Source of the DNA: Flavobacteriales bacterium | Lineage (GTDB): Bacteria > Bacteroidota > Bacteroidia > Palsa-965 | DNA length: 64,000 bases | Assembly (NCBI GenBank): GCA_040377305.1 | Contig: JBEIPA010000002.1 | Span: forward strand, 194,272-258,271 | Reading direction: 5' to 3' | In this document: piece after piece, positions 37,331 through 46,928 of the stretch | How positions within the stretch are numbered: the stretch's first letter is position 1 | How the letters are laid out: each line of letters begins with the position of its first letter | Notes under the pieces: generated by a model | What the model was told of the DNA's origin: nothing | Database searches by the model: none | The model's input: only the letters and a program-made list of their open reading frames with translations | Position numbers and translations under genes: made by a program

Positions 37331-39420
37331 ACGCGAATTCCTACAATACATACATCATCTATTTGTTCGAGACTTCCTCTCCACCCCGTAAGTGTTGAAT
37401 GAAGAATCTGATGTTGGGCGCTCATCGGCTTCTCAGCAATAGCCAACAGTAACTCCTGAAGTGGCTTGTACTTGAACTTCTTCCCGCGCGGTCCGCCAAA
37501 CTGATCCGCGTATCCATCGGTGAACAGATAAATCAAATCACCGGCCTTCAAATTCACTTGATGCGTTGTGAATGGCACAGGTGAATCCGAAATACCGATA
37601 GGCTGTTTGTTCCCTTTGATTTCATTTACGATTCCATTCGAAACGTACCACAGCGGATTGTTCGCACCTGCCCAGGCAACCTCGCGTGTGTTCAGATCAA
37701 TTCGCGCGAGGGAAATATCCATTCCATCTTTCACCTGATCGGAACTTTTCGAGAATGTATCAAGTACCAGTTCACGAACTTTGTCGAGCAACTTACCCGG
37801 ATCGTCAATGCCAAATTCCTTATACGCACGATTCATGGCATTCGAACACACCACGCTGACCATTGCGCCCGGAACGCCGTGACCCGTACAATCTGCTGCA
37901 GCCACAAACACAACATTGTCGCGTTTCTCCAGCCAATAGAAATCTCCCGCGACAATGTCTTTGGGCAAATAGAAAATGAAGCTGTCCTTAAGTGCCGTTT
38001 TCCAGATTTCCTCCGATGGAAGAATCGCCTTCTGCAAACGCTTCGCATACGTAATACTGTCGGTGATGTCTTTGTTCTTCTCTTCAACAATCTTCTTCTG
38101 TTCGCTGAGTTCTGCCGTACGTTCAGAAACTTTCTGTTCGAGTTCGCGATTTACTTTGGTCTTCAGTTCTTCATTCACCTTAAGTTGCTCGATCGATTCC
38201 TCCTGTGCTTTTTCACGATCGTCACGGATAACAGAAATTCTCTTCGCGAGACCAAGTGAAAACATCGAAACCTGAACCAAAGACCCCACTTGCACGAGCG
38301 TGATGTATCCAAACACAACATCCGATGGCAAAAGGTGTGTCATCTGCAGGAACAGCATCACAAACATAACGCCGTTGCCAATAATGAAATACCACGCCGG
38401 TGTGTACTTTTTTTGCAACGCGTTAAATGCCGTCGCGATAGAAATAAAGATGAACAAAAGTGTCGTCATTGTAATCGACAAGAAGCCGATTTGTGTTCCC
38501 CACACCAGGTAAACGACAACTCCCAACACAAACAACAATATGGCTATAACCAGCATGACTTTCAATGCACGATGCCAGCGCGGAAGAATCTCCTTCGTTC
38601 GCAAATAGTGCATGGTAAACAGCAAATAGAACACGCTGATCACGCACATGGCGAAATAGTTAATGTTGATCGTAATTAACCGGGCATTTAATGATTCCGG
38701 AAATAGGTAGCGAAACGTATAGTTGTTTGCGTTAACCCAGACGAGAGAGATGAAGGCCATGAAGAAAACATACATCAGGTACGACTTATCCCGTAACGTG
38801 AAATAAAAGATCAGATTGTAAAGAACAATGAAGAACAACACACCGAAGAATATTCCGTATTGCCAGTTACGATCCGATGAATCGCGCATCCATGCACTAC
38901 TTTCGATCAGGTAGGAATCAAGATCTGCGAACCAATCAAAACTGTCTGCTGTCTGATCAATACGCAAGTAAACTGTTCGGCTTTCATTGGCAGGAACCAC
39001 GATGTGCATAATTGGATCCGTCGTCTGTACATCCCGGGCTGTGAATGGAAGAAATTGTCCCGTCTTGACTTCAATTACTGTGAACGAATCTTCTTCGATA
39101 AACGCATACCCATTCGGCTCCCAATAGAGATACGAGCCGAGCGAACCGGATGAAACGTTGCTGATTACGATTTTCACCCATACTGATTTCGCTTCGAGGG
39201 AAGCATTCCACTCAACATCTGAAATTGCAGTTTGGAAATCGCTTCCTATTACATCCTCGATTGTGAATTCTCCGTAGTGATCAATGAGATAAGAATAGTT
39301 CTCACCTGCAATTAAGTCAATTTTTGCCTCGCGATCGAGGTAGAGTGTATCTGCAACATCCTGCGCGAATGCAGGAGAACAAAAAAGAATGAAGAGTAAA
39401 ATGATTCGGGTTCTAATCAT
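37327..39420 (-). CDS. 7TM-DISM sensor with SpoIIE/PP2C phosphatase domain
   Basis: Periplasmic DISMED2-like region, 7 TM helices (YNL..Y..LRDKSYLMY), then PKDIVAGDFYW, DCTGHGVPG and FTDGYADQFGG. Confidence 0.9.
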   Translation of the reverse strand: MIRTRIILLFILFCSPAFAQDVADTLYLDREAKIDLIAGENYSYLIDHYGEFTIEDVIGSDFQTAISDVEWNASLEAKSVWVKIVISNVSSGSLGSYLYWEPNGYAFIEEDSFTVIEVKTGQFLPFTARDVQTTDPIMHIVVPANESRTVYLRIDQTADSFDWFADLDSYLIESSAWMRDSSDRNWQYGIFFGVLFFIVLYNLIFYFTLRDKSYLMYVFFMAFISLVWVNANNYTFRYLFPESLNARLITININYFAMCVISVFYLLFTMHYLRTKEILPRWHRALKVMLVIAILLFVLGVVVYLVWGTQIGFLSITMTTLLFIFISIATAFNALQKKYTPAWYFIIGNGVMFVMLFLQMTHLLPSDVVFGYITLVQVGSLVQVSMFSLGLAKRISVIRDDREKAQEESIEQLKVNEELKTKVNRELEQKVSERTAELSEQKKIVEEKNKDITDSITYAKRLQKAILPSEEIWKTALKDSFIFYLPKDIVAGDFYWLEKRDNVVFVAAADCTGHGVPGAMVSVVCSNAMNRAYKEFGIDDPGKLLDKVRELVLDTFSKSSDQVKDGMDISLARIDLNTREVAWAGANNPLWYVSNGIVNEIKGNKQPIGISDSPVPFTTHQVNLKAGDLIYLFTDGYADQFGGPRGKKFKYKPLQELLLAIAEKPMSAQHQILHSTLTGWRGSLEQIDDVCIVGIRV

Positions 39421-39439
39421 TATACGGGAAGTTAGTTTC

Positions 39440-40186
39440 CTAAAGAGTACTGTTCAGTAGCTTTCCGCTATCAATCAATTTCCGAAAGCCCGGAGCACCG
39501 CGCGCCTTCTTCAGCAATTCCTGATGGCCGGTGTGGTGACAATCGCTTCCCGCAAATTCGTACCAACCTCTGTCGATCATAGTAGTGGCCATCTTCGCTG
39601 TCTCGGGAGAATAATGTCCGGTCAGGGAATTAATGTTGAGTTGAAACAGAACTCCTTTGTCTTTGAGCTTCCCGAAATTATTCATGTCGCGAAACCAATA
39701 GGGATAACGCTCCGGATGCGCGAGCACTGGTTTGTATCCGCTGGTTTGCATTCTGAAAATCAATCCATCGAGACCATCAGGTGCATTCATATAGGAAACT
39801 TCGAAGAGCAAATAATTATCGCCGAAAGTGAGCAAGCGTTCCTTATCCAGCTTCTTCTCCAATTCGAAATCGAAATAATATTCAGCTGCAGCTTCGATCT
39901 CAATGTTCACTCCAGCTTCTTTCACCGCTCTTCTTACCTGTTCCAATCCTGCACCAATATTCTCCGGAGTGTTCTTGTAAAAGTCGCCCATGATGTGAGG
40001 CGTAGTAATCACTTTGCGATAACCAAGTTCAGCCATCGTCGTGATCATCTCAACCGATTCCTTCATTGATTTTGAACCGTCATCAATTCCCGGAATGAAA
40101 TGCGAATGCATGTCGACACCGAGAACCGAAAGATCGATTGGTTCGCCGGGTTTTTCAGAACGGAAAAGACGAGAGAGGAGGCCCAT
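39440..40186 (-). CDS. CpsB/CapC PHP-family tyrosine phosphatase
   Basis: DMHSHFIPGIDDG, TTPH, AHPERY and GSDCH motifs. Confidence 0.9.
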   Translation of the reverse strand: MGLLSRLFRSEKPGEPIDLSVLGVDMHSHFIPGIDDGSKSMKESVEMITTMAELGYRKVITTPHIMGDFYKNTPENIGAGLEQVRRAVKEAGVNIEIEAAAEYYFDFELEKKLDKERLLTFGDNYLLFEVSYMNAPDGLDGLIFRMQTSGYKPVLAHPERYPYWFRDMNNFGKLKDKGVLFQLNINSLTGHYSPETAKMATTMIDRGWYEFAGSDCHHTGHQELLKKARGAPGFRKLIDSGKLLNSTL

Positions 40187-40235
40187 TTCTTACATCGAAG
40201 ATACGGATTTCAGTGGGCTCGAAATCCTTGGCCTA

Positions 40236-40346
40236 AAGCCCAACGGTTATCACTTGGTGCTGCTAAAATAAAGTGGTGCAAGAATTGGCTTTAGCCAATT
40301 TTTGCACCACGCAATAAACTGCAGTCAAGTGATAACCGTGCGGCTT
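40236..40346. repeat. 111-bp nested palindrome
   Basis: Outer arms 40236-40256/40326-40346 (19 of 21 complementary); inner arms 40273-40289/40294-40310 (16 of 17). Confidence 0.8.
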
Positions 40347-40364
40347 CCGCCCGCGGAACGAAAA

Positions 40365-42644
40365 TCAGCTAAACTTCCCCTTCAATGCGGCGAGTTGATC
40401 TTCCCAATCACTTCCCTTCGTCTTCTTCGTACCAGTTGTGGGTGCTGAGTTACCGGATTTCGGAATAGCAACCTTCGGAGTATTCTTCGCTGCGGGTTTT
40501 TCGCCTTTCATGGAAAGAGCAATTCGCTTGCGTGCCGCGTCAACTTCAGTAACGGTTACCATGACCTTCTGCGCAACTTTCACAATCTTATTTGGATCAT
40601 CAACAAAAGTATCTGCAAGCTGAGAAATATGCACGAGGCCGTCCTGGTGAACGCCGATATCGACAAACGCACCGAAGTTGGTCACATTAGTTACAATTCC
40701 CGGCAAACGCATTCCTTCACGGAGATCTTTGATTTCATTTACACCATCCTGGAATTTGAACATCTCAAATTCTTTGCGTGGATCGCGACCTGGCTTTTCC
40801 AATTCCTTGAGAATATCGTTGAGCGTCGGAAGTCCAACCGTGTCGCTCACGTACTTCTTCGCATCAATGAGTTTACGCTTCTCCTTACTTTCAATAAGCT
40901 CTTCAATTGTTGCGCCTACATCCTTCGCCATTTTCTCAACGATAGGATAAGACTCGGGGTGAACCGCACTCTTGTCGAGCGGATTCGTGCTATTTCTGAC
41001 ACGCAAAAATCCTGCAGCCTGCTCAAACGCCTTGGCGCCAAGACGAGGAACCTGAGAAAGATCTTTGCGCGATTTGAACGGACCGTTCTCGTTTCTGTAA
41101 TCCACAATTGCTTTTGCCAACGCAGGTCCGATTCCTGAAACATACGCAAGCAGTTGTTTGCTCGCCGTGTTCAATTCTACACCAACCGCATTCACACACG
41201 ATTCCACAACTTCATCCAGTTTCTTCTGAAGTAAAGTCTGATCTACATCGTGCTGATATTGCCCCACACCAATCGACTTCGCATCAATCTTCACCAGCTC
41301 AGAAAGCGGATCAGTCAAGCGTCTTCCAATTGAAACTGCTCCACGAACAGTTACATCGTGATCAGGAAATTCTTCACGCGCAACAGCAGAAGCTGAATAC
41401 ACTGAAGCTCCACTCTCATTCACCATGGTAATGATGATGTCTTTCGGAATATCCTGCATCGCACGCACAAACTCTTCGGTTTCGCGACTAGCTGTACCGT
41501 TACCAATGGAAACTGCTTCAACCCGATATTTCGCAAGTAAACGATACAATGTATCTTCTGATGCACGCACTTCACGCTGCGGAACGTGCGGATAAATCAC
41601 GGTATGCTCGAGCAACTTTCCTTGTTTATCAAGCACAACTACCTTACATCCCGATTTAAATCCAGGATCAAGTGCCAAAACAATTTTTTGTCCAAGCGGA
41701 GAAGCAAGCAGCAACTCACGCAGGTTTTGTGCAAACACATCAATTGCTTTTTCGTCAGCGAGCTCTTTTGTCATCTGACGGAACTCCGTTTCGAGTGAAG
41801 GCTGCAACAACCGCTTGTACGAACCAAGAACTGCAGCTTCAACGTGCTCTGCGCAGGAATTTTTCGCTTTGATCCACTTTTTCGTCAGCACCTCGAGCGC
41901 ATCATCCGCAAGCGGTGCAATATCGAGCATAAGAATTCCTTCGTTCTCCCCGCGACGCATGGCGAGCATACGGTGCGAAGGACAATTCATAAGCTTCTCG
42001 TCCCAATCAAAATAATCGCGGAACTTTTCTCCATCCATTTCCTTGCCTGCAACAACGCGGGAGCGCACCAATGCAGATTCTTTGAACAAGCGACGAAGTT
42101 CTTCACGTGTCCCTGCATCTTCACTCACCATTTCCGCAATGATATCACGGGCTCCGTCAAGAGCAGCATGAGCATCTTCAACTTCTTTTTCCTTGCTTAC
42201 GAATTCTTCTGCTTTCGCTTCTGCATCGCCCGACTTCTGTTCTAGCAGGAAAAGTGCAAGCGGCTCCAATCCTTTTTCACGGGCAATGGTTGCACGCGTT
42301 TTACGCTTCGGTTTATAGGGAAGGTATAAGTCTTCGAGTTGGTTGATGTTCTCCGCACCTTCAATTTTGCCGCGAAGTTCTTCCGTGAGCTTTCCTTGCT
42401 CTTCAATAGTTGTCAAAATGAATTCGCGACGTTGCTCCAGTGCACGGTACTGTTGCATGAGATCGCGCACGTTGGCAATCTGCACTTCGTCTAGAGATCC
42501 TGTCATCTCTTTTCTATATCGGGAGATGAACGGAATAGTTGCGCCCTCGTCGAGCAATTCTATTGTTGATGTTACCTGCTTCGCGTCGATGCTAAGCTCA
42601 ATGGCAACTTTTCGGATATTAAAACGGTCTGTTGTAGCTGACAT
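40365..42644 (-). CDS. tex: Tex family RNA-binding transcriptional accessory protein
   Basis: GATIPFISRYRKE, DPGFKSGCK, VNESGASVYSAS, IGVGQYQHD motifs and a C-terminal S1 domain. Confidence 0.95.
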   Translation of the reverse strand: MSATTDRFNIRKVAIELSIDAKQVTSTIELLDEGATIPFISRYRKEMTGSLDEVQIANVRDLMQQYRALEQRREFILTTIEEQGKLTEELRGKIEGAENINQLEDLYLPYKPKRKTRATIAREKGLEPLALFLLEQKSGDAEAKAEEFVSKEKEVEDAHAALDGARDIIAEMVSEDAGTREELRRLFKESALVRSRVVAGKEMDGEKFRDYFDWDEKLMNCPSHRMLAMRRGENEGILMLDIAPLADDALEVLTKKWIKAKNSCAEHVEAAVLGSYKRLLQPSLETEFRQMTKELADEKAIDVFAQNLRELLLASPLGQKIVLALDPGFKSGCKVVVLDKQGKLLEHTVIYPHVPQREVRASEDTLYRLLAKYRVEAVSIGNGTASRETEEFVRAMQDIPKDIIITMVNESGASVYSASAVAREEFPDHDVTVRGAVSIGRRLTDPLSELVKIDAKSIGVGQYQHDVDQTLLQKKLDEVVESCVNAVGVELNTASKQLLAYVSGIGPALAKAIVDYRNENGPFKSRKDLSQVPRLGAKAFEQAAGFLRVRNSTNPLDKSAVHPESYPIVEKMAKDVGATIEELIESKEKRKLIDAKKYVSDTVGLPTLNDILKELEKPGRDPRKEFEMFKFQDGVNEIKDLREGMRLPGIVTNVTNFGAFVDIGVHQDGLVHISQLADTFVDDPNKIVKVAQKVMVTVTEVDAARKRIALSMKGEKPAAKNTPKVAIPKSGNSAPTTGTKKTKGSDWEDQLAALKGKFS

Positions 42645-42844
42645 AATTTACTCTGGATTGAGGTTTGAAATTACCTACAAACTCCCAATAGAACGGGGGT
42701 AAATTATGAACGGGTGTGGATAAATAAACACACTGAAATCCACCATATAACTGATGAACCGAATAAAAGTTACAGGAATATTTTTTTATGTCGCACACAA
42801 TAATTTGATCCTGTATCTTCTTTATCCGCTTCAGTTATTGACGC

Positions 42845-44254
42845 ATGAGAACGAAACTGATTGCCACAATCGCCGTCCTCACTCTGTGTAGTGGGATGAA
42901 AGCGCAAAATTTCTGCAAGCAAACTTCTGTGTTCTTTGAACACGACGCTTCTGAAATTACTGTACAAACGCAACGCAAGCTCGACAGTCTTGCCCGTATA
43001 ATGAAGGACCCGGAATACATCGTGGAGCTGTATGGTCATACCGATAGCACTGGATCGTACAATTACAACACCACACTTGCGCATGAACGTATGCGTGCAA
43101 TTGAAGCGTTTCTGCGTCCTAAGACGAAGGCAAAACTCATATTCACCGAGAACAATTTGTCCGAGACGAACTACAAAGTGTCTGGTGACATCGAAAAGAA
43201 TCTTGCGTACAATAGACGTGTAGATATTTTTCTCGTGCCGATGTCGAATGGTCTGGTGCAAATGACCGGAACGAATCATGGAGTAGCAGAATTGCCACCT
43301 GCCTTGTTCGGTCCTTGCGGAATCTGCAACAGTCAGCCGAAAGTGAAAACTTTTCTCACGCATGAAGAAACTGAAGAAGCAGGTATTCTCCTCGAAACAT
43401 CAGGAGGAGATTCTCTCATCACCGCGGGTATGATCATGCTCGATTATAGTCCATGTACCGGTGTTTCCACGAAACCTACCATCCGATTCAAAATGTGTCC
43501 GGGAAAACCTGATCCGAATATGAAGCTCTGGGAAGCGGATACTGTCAATGGAAAAATTCGTTGGGTGGCCTCGAAAGACACTTTGCAGTTCGATTACACA
43601 ACCGGTTGTTATGTATTCATGGGCAGACCAGGAATGGCATACAATGTTGATATGAAATTCAGTCCGGATACAATCTTCCGAATTGTTCCATCTAAATCGT
43701 TTGCCTACGAACAGTTCGTGACTACCGACAAGAAAAATGCAATCAAGCACCAGCCCCGACAGAAAGATTCCGTTGAACTTGGTCGCGACAGTACCAAACT
43801 TCTAGCCCACGCCGTTGGAAAAAGAGGAGAAGACTATTACCTGCTTACATGGCCTGTAGATTCAATGCCCTACACGATTTACGGTACTGCCCGTACTACC
43901 AATGCGAAGTCGTATGAATTGCCCGAGGAGAAATATGAGAAACTATTGTATTCAGATACGCTGTTGAAAGTTCGCTGCGGAAGAAAAGCGAAACCGGGTC
44001 AAGTCGGAGTTTATTTGCCGGATTATCACCACTACATTCCTTTCGACAGTACAGATGGAAAGTACTACTATAGCAAGAAGCCGACGGTGACTTACCAGTA
44101 TGCGTACAAGAAAGGAAAACGATTGCGAGCGTTGAAGACTGCTCCTGCGAATTCGAAGTACATCGAAGAGCAAAAAACAGAACGGATAAAATTCAAGCGG
44201 AAAGAAAGAAGCAAGTTTCGCTCGGTGAGATTGTTCTTCGAAGCGCAGGTTTAG
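42845..44254 (+). CDS. Secreted protein with N-terminal OmpA-like peptidoglycan-binding domain
   Basis: Signal peptide; VFFEHDAS, GHTDSTGS..YN..LA..R and NRRVDI motifs. Confidence 0.8.
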   Translation: MRTKLIATIAVLTLCSGMKAQNFCKQTSVFFEHDASEITVQTQRKLDSLARIMKDPEYIVELYGHTDSTGSYNYNTTLAHERMRAIEAFLRPKTKAKLIFTENNLSETNYKVSGDIEKNLAYNRRVDIFLVPMSNGLVQMTGTNHGVAELPPALFGPCGICNSQPKVKTFLTHEETEEAGILLETSGGDSLITAGMIMLDYSPCTGVSTKPTIRFKMCPGKPDPNMKLWEADTVNGKIRWVASKDTLQFDYTTGCYVFMGRPGMAYNVDMKFSPDTIFRIVPSKSFAYEQFVTTDKKNAIKHQPRQKDSVELGRDSTKLLAHAVGKRGEDYYLLTWPVDSMPYTIYGTARTTNAKSYELPEEKYEKLLYSDTLLKVRCGRKAKPGQVGVYLPDYHHYIPFDSTDGKYYYSKKPTVTYQYAYKKGKRLRALKTAPANSKYIEEQKTERIKFKRKERSKFRSVRLFFEAQV

Positions 44255-44539
44255 TTAACCGGAAGTATTGGTATTAATCTGGAACAAATTTCTATTCCGA
44301 ATGCGGGTACGATTGCGTGCCTTGAATGGAAATTTCAATTCCTTTGGATTAGTTCCTCGTCGACTTAATATTTCCAAAATTGCGACTTGACCAGTAGCCA
44401 GTATATATTGCTTTGCTCGCAGGAGAAGATCATACTTAGTCTTTTCAAACATCAAAGACTGTTGCGATGGCAATAATACCAGAATCCACCCGCTTTGAAA
44501 ATCTTCTATACCACGCTGAAGTCTATATCTTGTCTCCAA
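44255..44539 (-). CDS. Small hypothetical protein, last gene of the island operon
   Basis: TTG start 11 nt after the upstream stop; 94 aa, basic C-terminus. Confidence 0.45.
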   Translation of the reverse strand: METRYRLQRGIEDFQSGWILVLLPSQQSLMFEKTKYDLLLRAKQYILATGQVAILEILSRRGTNPKELKFPFKARNRTRIRNRNLFQINTNTSG

Positions 44540-44550
44540 CTTGATAGAAG

Positions 44551-45063
44551 TTACAGTGATTGCTCAGTCCAACTAAAAAGCAATTGATCGGAATTCCTCA
44601 CTTTACTAGGGGCAGTCCTCATTGCATCGGATATTTTCTTGCCAAAATCCAACTTCGCCACTTTATAGTCAAGAGAACCGTCTGAGCCTTTAATTGCGTA
44701 CTCCTCACGGGGTCGTCGAGCCGCACTGATCCATTCCACATTACCATGAGCTTCATTTAGTATCGTTTTGAGTTCATCAAAACTTAACGTAACCAACCCA
44801 TCTTCGCCGCAAACAAGTATCACAAAAACTTCACCAAGTTCGTTTTTCATTTTGAGTATTTCGTCTTGATGAACTCTTTGCAAACTGAATCGCCAAGGGG
44901 TTAACCTCTTTGTAGTGTGCTTAATGTATATCCCAATGGAGTCATTGAGCACATAAGAGGCGTTACTGGCGGTTGGGTAGACCGTTAGCTTCAAAGGAAT
45001 GTCAACTTCGTGAATCAATCTTGAAAAAACCACGCCATGGTAAAATTCATATTCCTTAATCAT
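44551..45063 (-). CDS. Hypothetical protein, possible restriction-endonuclease-like (PD-(D/E)XK-type) fold
   Basis: ATGA overlap with the Z1 gene; the pattern IGIYIKHTT..WRFSL..helix..VFVILVC resembles the REase core. Confidence 0.7.
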   Translation of the reverse strand: MIKEYEFYHGVVFSRLIHEVDIPLKLTVYPTASNASYVLNDSIGIYIKHTTKRLTPWRFSLQRVHQDEILKMKNELGEVFVILVCGEDGLVTLSFDELKTILNEAHGNVEWISAARRPREEYAIKGSDGSLDYKVAKLDFGKKISDAMRTAPSKVRNSDQLLFSWTEQSL

Positions 45064-46916
45064 ACCAATTTAGTTTTCAGAAATCTAATATCTCCTTTGT
45101 ATTTGTAAAAAACTCTCGCTTTCCCTAGATGATTATAAATGACACGAACATGATGCACGGCCTTCGGAAACTTGTCCAACTTAAGCTGGTCATTACCCAT
45201 GAACCCTCGTACACGCGCAATTGTAGCTCGATCCATTTCGTTTTTCTTGTCTGTATAGCCAGCAATTGAAAGTGGGCGGTGAACTACAATCGATTCATCC
45301 TCATCTGGACAGAAACTTTTGATGAAATTAATTAAGTATGCAGGCAATTTATCAATACCAAGGAGTTCAGACAACGCCTCCAATTTTTGAATAGGGCCTA
45401 TTTTAGAAGATAATATATCCTCCACATCATTCTCATCGTAATCAAATAGATTAAAACTCATTTCACCACTATCAATCACGACAGTAGTCTTGTCGATGCT
45501 CGAACTGGATACGGCCGTTATCCTGTCGCCATCCAACCACACTGGTGACCTCTTATTTAGCTTTCTTGATTCCAGAGACAGTCGATGAAAAATAAAACAC
45601 TTCTGCCAGTCCAAATAAAGTTCGCGAGGGATAATCAATTCGAAATACTTGAGGTAAGAATTTCTCGAACCAAACATTCGAGCTCGTTGTATATACGTGT
45701 CCTGCTGAAGCTTATGTTTTACGTCCCGCGTAAAAAACATGCTCAGTAGATTATTGAAAGTTACACCACGAGAAACAATGTTACCACCAATAACAACCGT
45801 GAACGGTGCCGTTGGGTCCGTTGCTGTTCTATTGCCAGCGGCGTTAACTTCCTTGTCACTGTTCATCACCACTAAATTATTTCTGTCGCAATTTGTAATG
45901 ATATACTCGGTTATTGCTTTTTCGTAGCCAGGATATCGAGCTTTTGCCAACTTCCAAATTGACTCCAGATAGGGACGGTGATATTTGTTACTATCGTCCT
46001 TCAATGCTTCAAATATTTTCAGCATCTGCTTATATTCTACAGCGTGGTCTGCCTTCTTTCCACTAGTATGAATTAACAAAGAATAATTTTCATCAGGCTC
46101 ATTGATTTGACTGTTGAGAAAACCCACATTTACAGCGAAACTAAAAAAGGCTTCGCGCAAGTACTTCGGGTCATCACCATGATCCGGTAACAAAGTCAAC
46201 CTGAAGGGCAATTGTCCAACATCAACAGGAAAGAAGATCGCTTGACCCGTGTACTCCTCATGCGGAGGAAAGTCAATCCAGTGCTCATTTTGATTTTGGT
46301 GAGTTCTATTGAGGTCTAGTCGAGCCGGTGTCGCAGTAACCCCAATATATATACCTTCCTTTCCTAATAGTTTTTCAGTTAATTCATTAATCCTGCTTTT
46401 TTCCTTTTTATTAATTTTTGAATTTGGTGTTGCATAATCGGCCTCATCATCCAACACAACAGTTTTAACCTTCGGGCCCAATTTATCAATGAGTTTCTGT
46501 AAATCCGATGAATTTTTCTTACAAAATATCACCCATTGCTGGCCTACAATTTTTACCTCGCTCGAGAGTATTTCATTAAATTTTTTGGGCGAAGGTGAAA
46601 TGCCGGACAACTGAAATCGTTCTAAGTTTTGGCCCAATAATTGGACGCTGTCATTCATCAATGCGATAATTACTTGATGTCCCTCATCTAGAAGCCTCGC
46701 CGTAAGAGCGATCATCATCTCCGTTTTCCCGCTTTGCGGTTCACCGTAAATAACAAACGATCTTTGATTTGCAGCAATATTCTTAACAGCGCCTTCTACT
46801 ACAACCTTAATCCTTGCCACATCCTTACCACTTGAAACCAATTTTGCCATCCTTCGTTCATACCGATTATTTCGAGGGGCACTTCCTTTTAGTGAATCCA
46901 GGTCAAATTTTGACAT
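45060..46916 (-). CDS. SF2 helicase/ATPase-like + Z1 domain protein
   Basis: Walker A GEPQSGKT, Walker B LDDEAD, motif III GVTATP; Z1-type SLLIHTS, IGGNIVSRGVTF and DTYIQRARMFG. Confidence 0.85.
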   Translation of the reverse strand: MSKFDLDSLKGSAPRNNRYERRMAKLVSSGKDVARIKVVVEGAVKNIAANQRSFVIYGEPQSGKTEMMIALTARLLDEGHQVIIALMNDSVQLLGQNLERFQLSGISPSPKKFNEILSSEVKIVGQQWVIFCKKNSSDLQKLIDKLGPKVKTVVLDDEADYATPNSKINKKEKSRINELTEKLLGKEGIYIGVTATPARLDLNRTHQNQNEHWIDFPPHEEYTGQAIFFPVDVGQLPFRLTLLPDHGDDPKYLREAFFSFAVNVGFLNSQINEPDENYSLLIHTSGKKADHAVEYKQMLKIFEALKDDSNKYHRPYLESIWKLAKARYPGYEKAITEYIITNCDRNNLVVMNSDKEVNAAGNRTATDPTAPFTVVIGGNIVSRGVTFNNLLSMFFTRDVKHKLQQDTYIQRARMFGSRNSYLKYFELIIPRELYLDWQKCFIFHRLSLESRKLNKRSPVWLDGDRITAVSSSSIDKTTVVIDSGEMSFNLFDYDENDVEDILSSKIGPIQKLEALSELLGIDKLPAYLINFIKSFCPDEDESIVVHRPLSIAGYTDKKNEMDRATIARVRGFMGNDQLKLDKFPKAVHHVRVIYNHLGKARVFYKYKGDIRFLKTKLV

Positions 46917-46928
46917 GACGTTATAGAA

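Noticed and set aside
17256-37900. Nucleotide similarity between the 3' ends of the two SpoIIE genes (around 17400-17460 and 37470-37525)
   Set aside because: Explained by paralogous conserved PP2C motifs (FTDGYADQFGGP.GKKFKYK), not by recent duplication or retrohoming.
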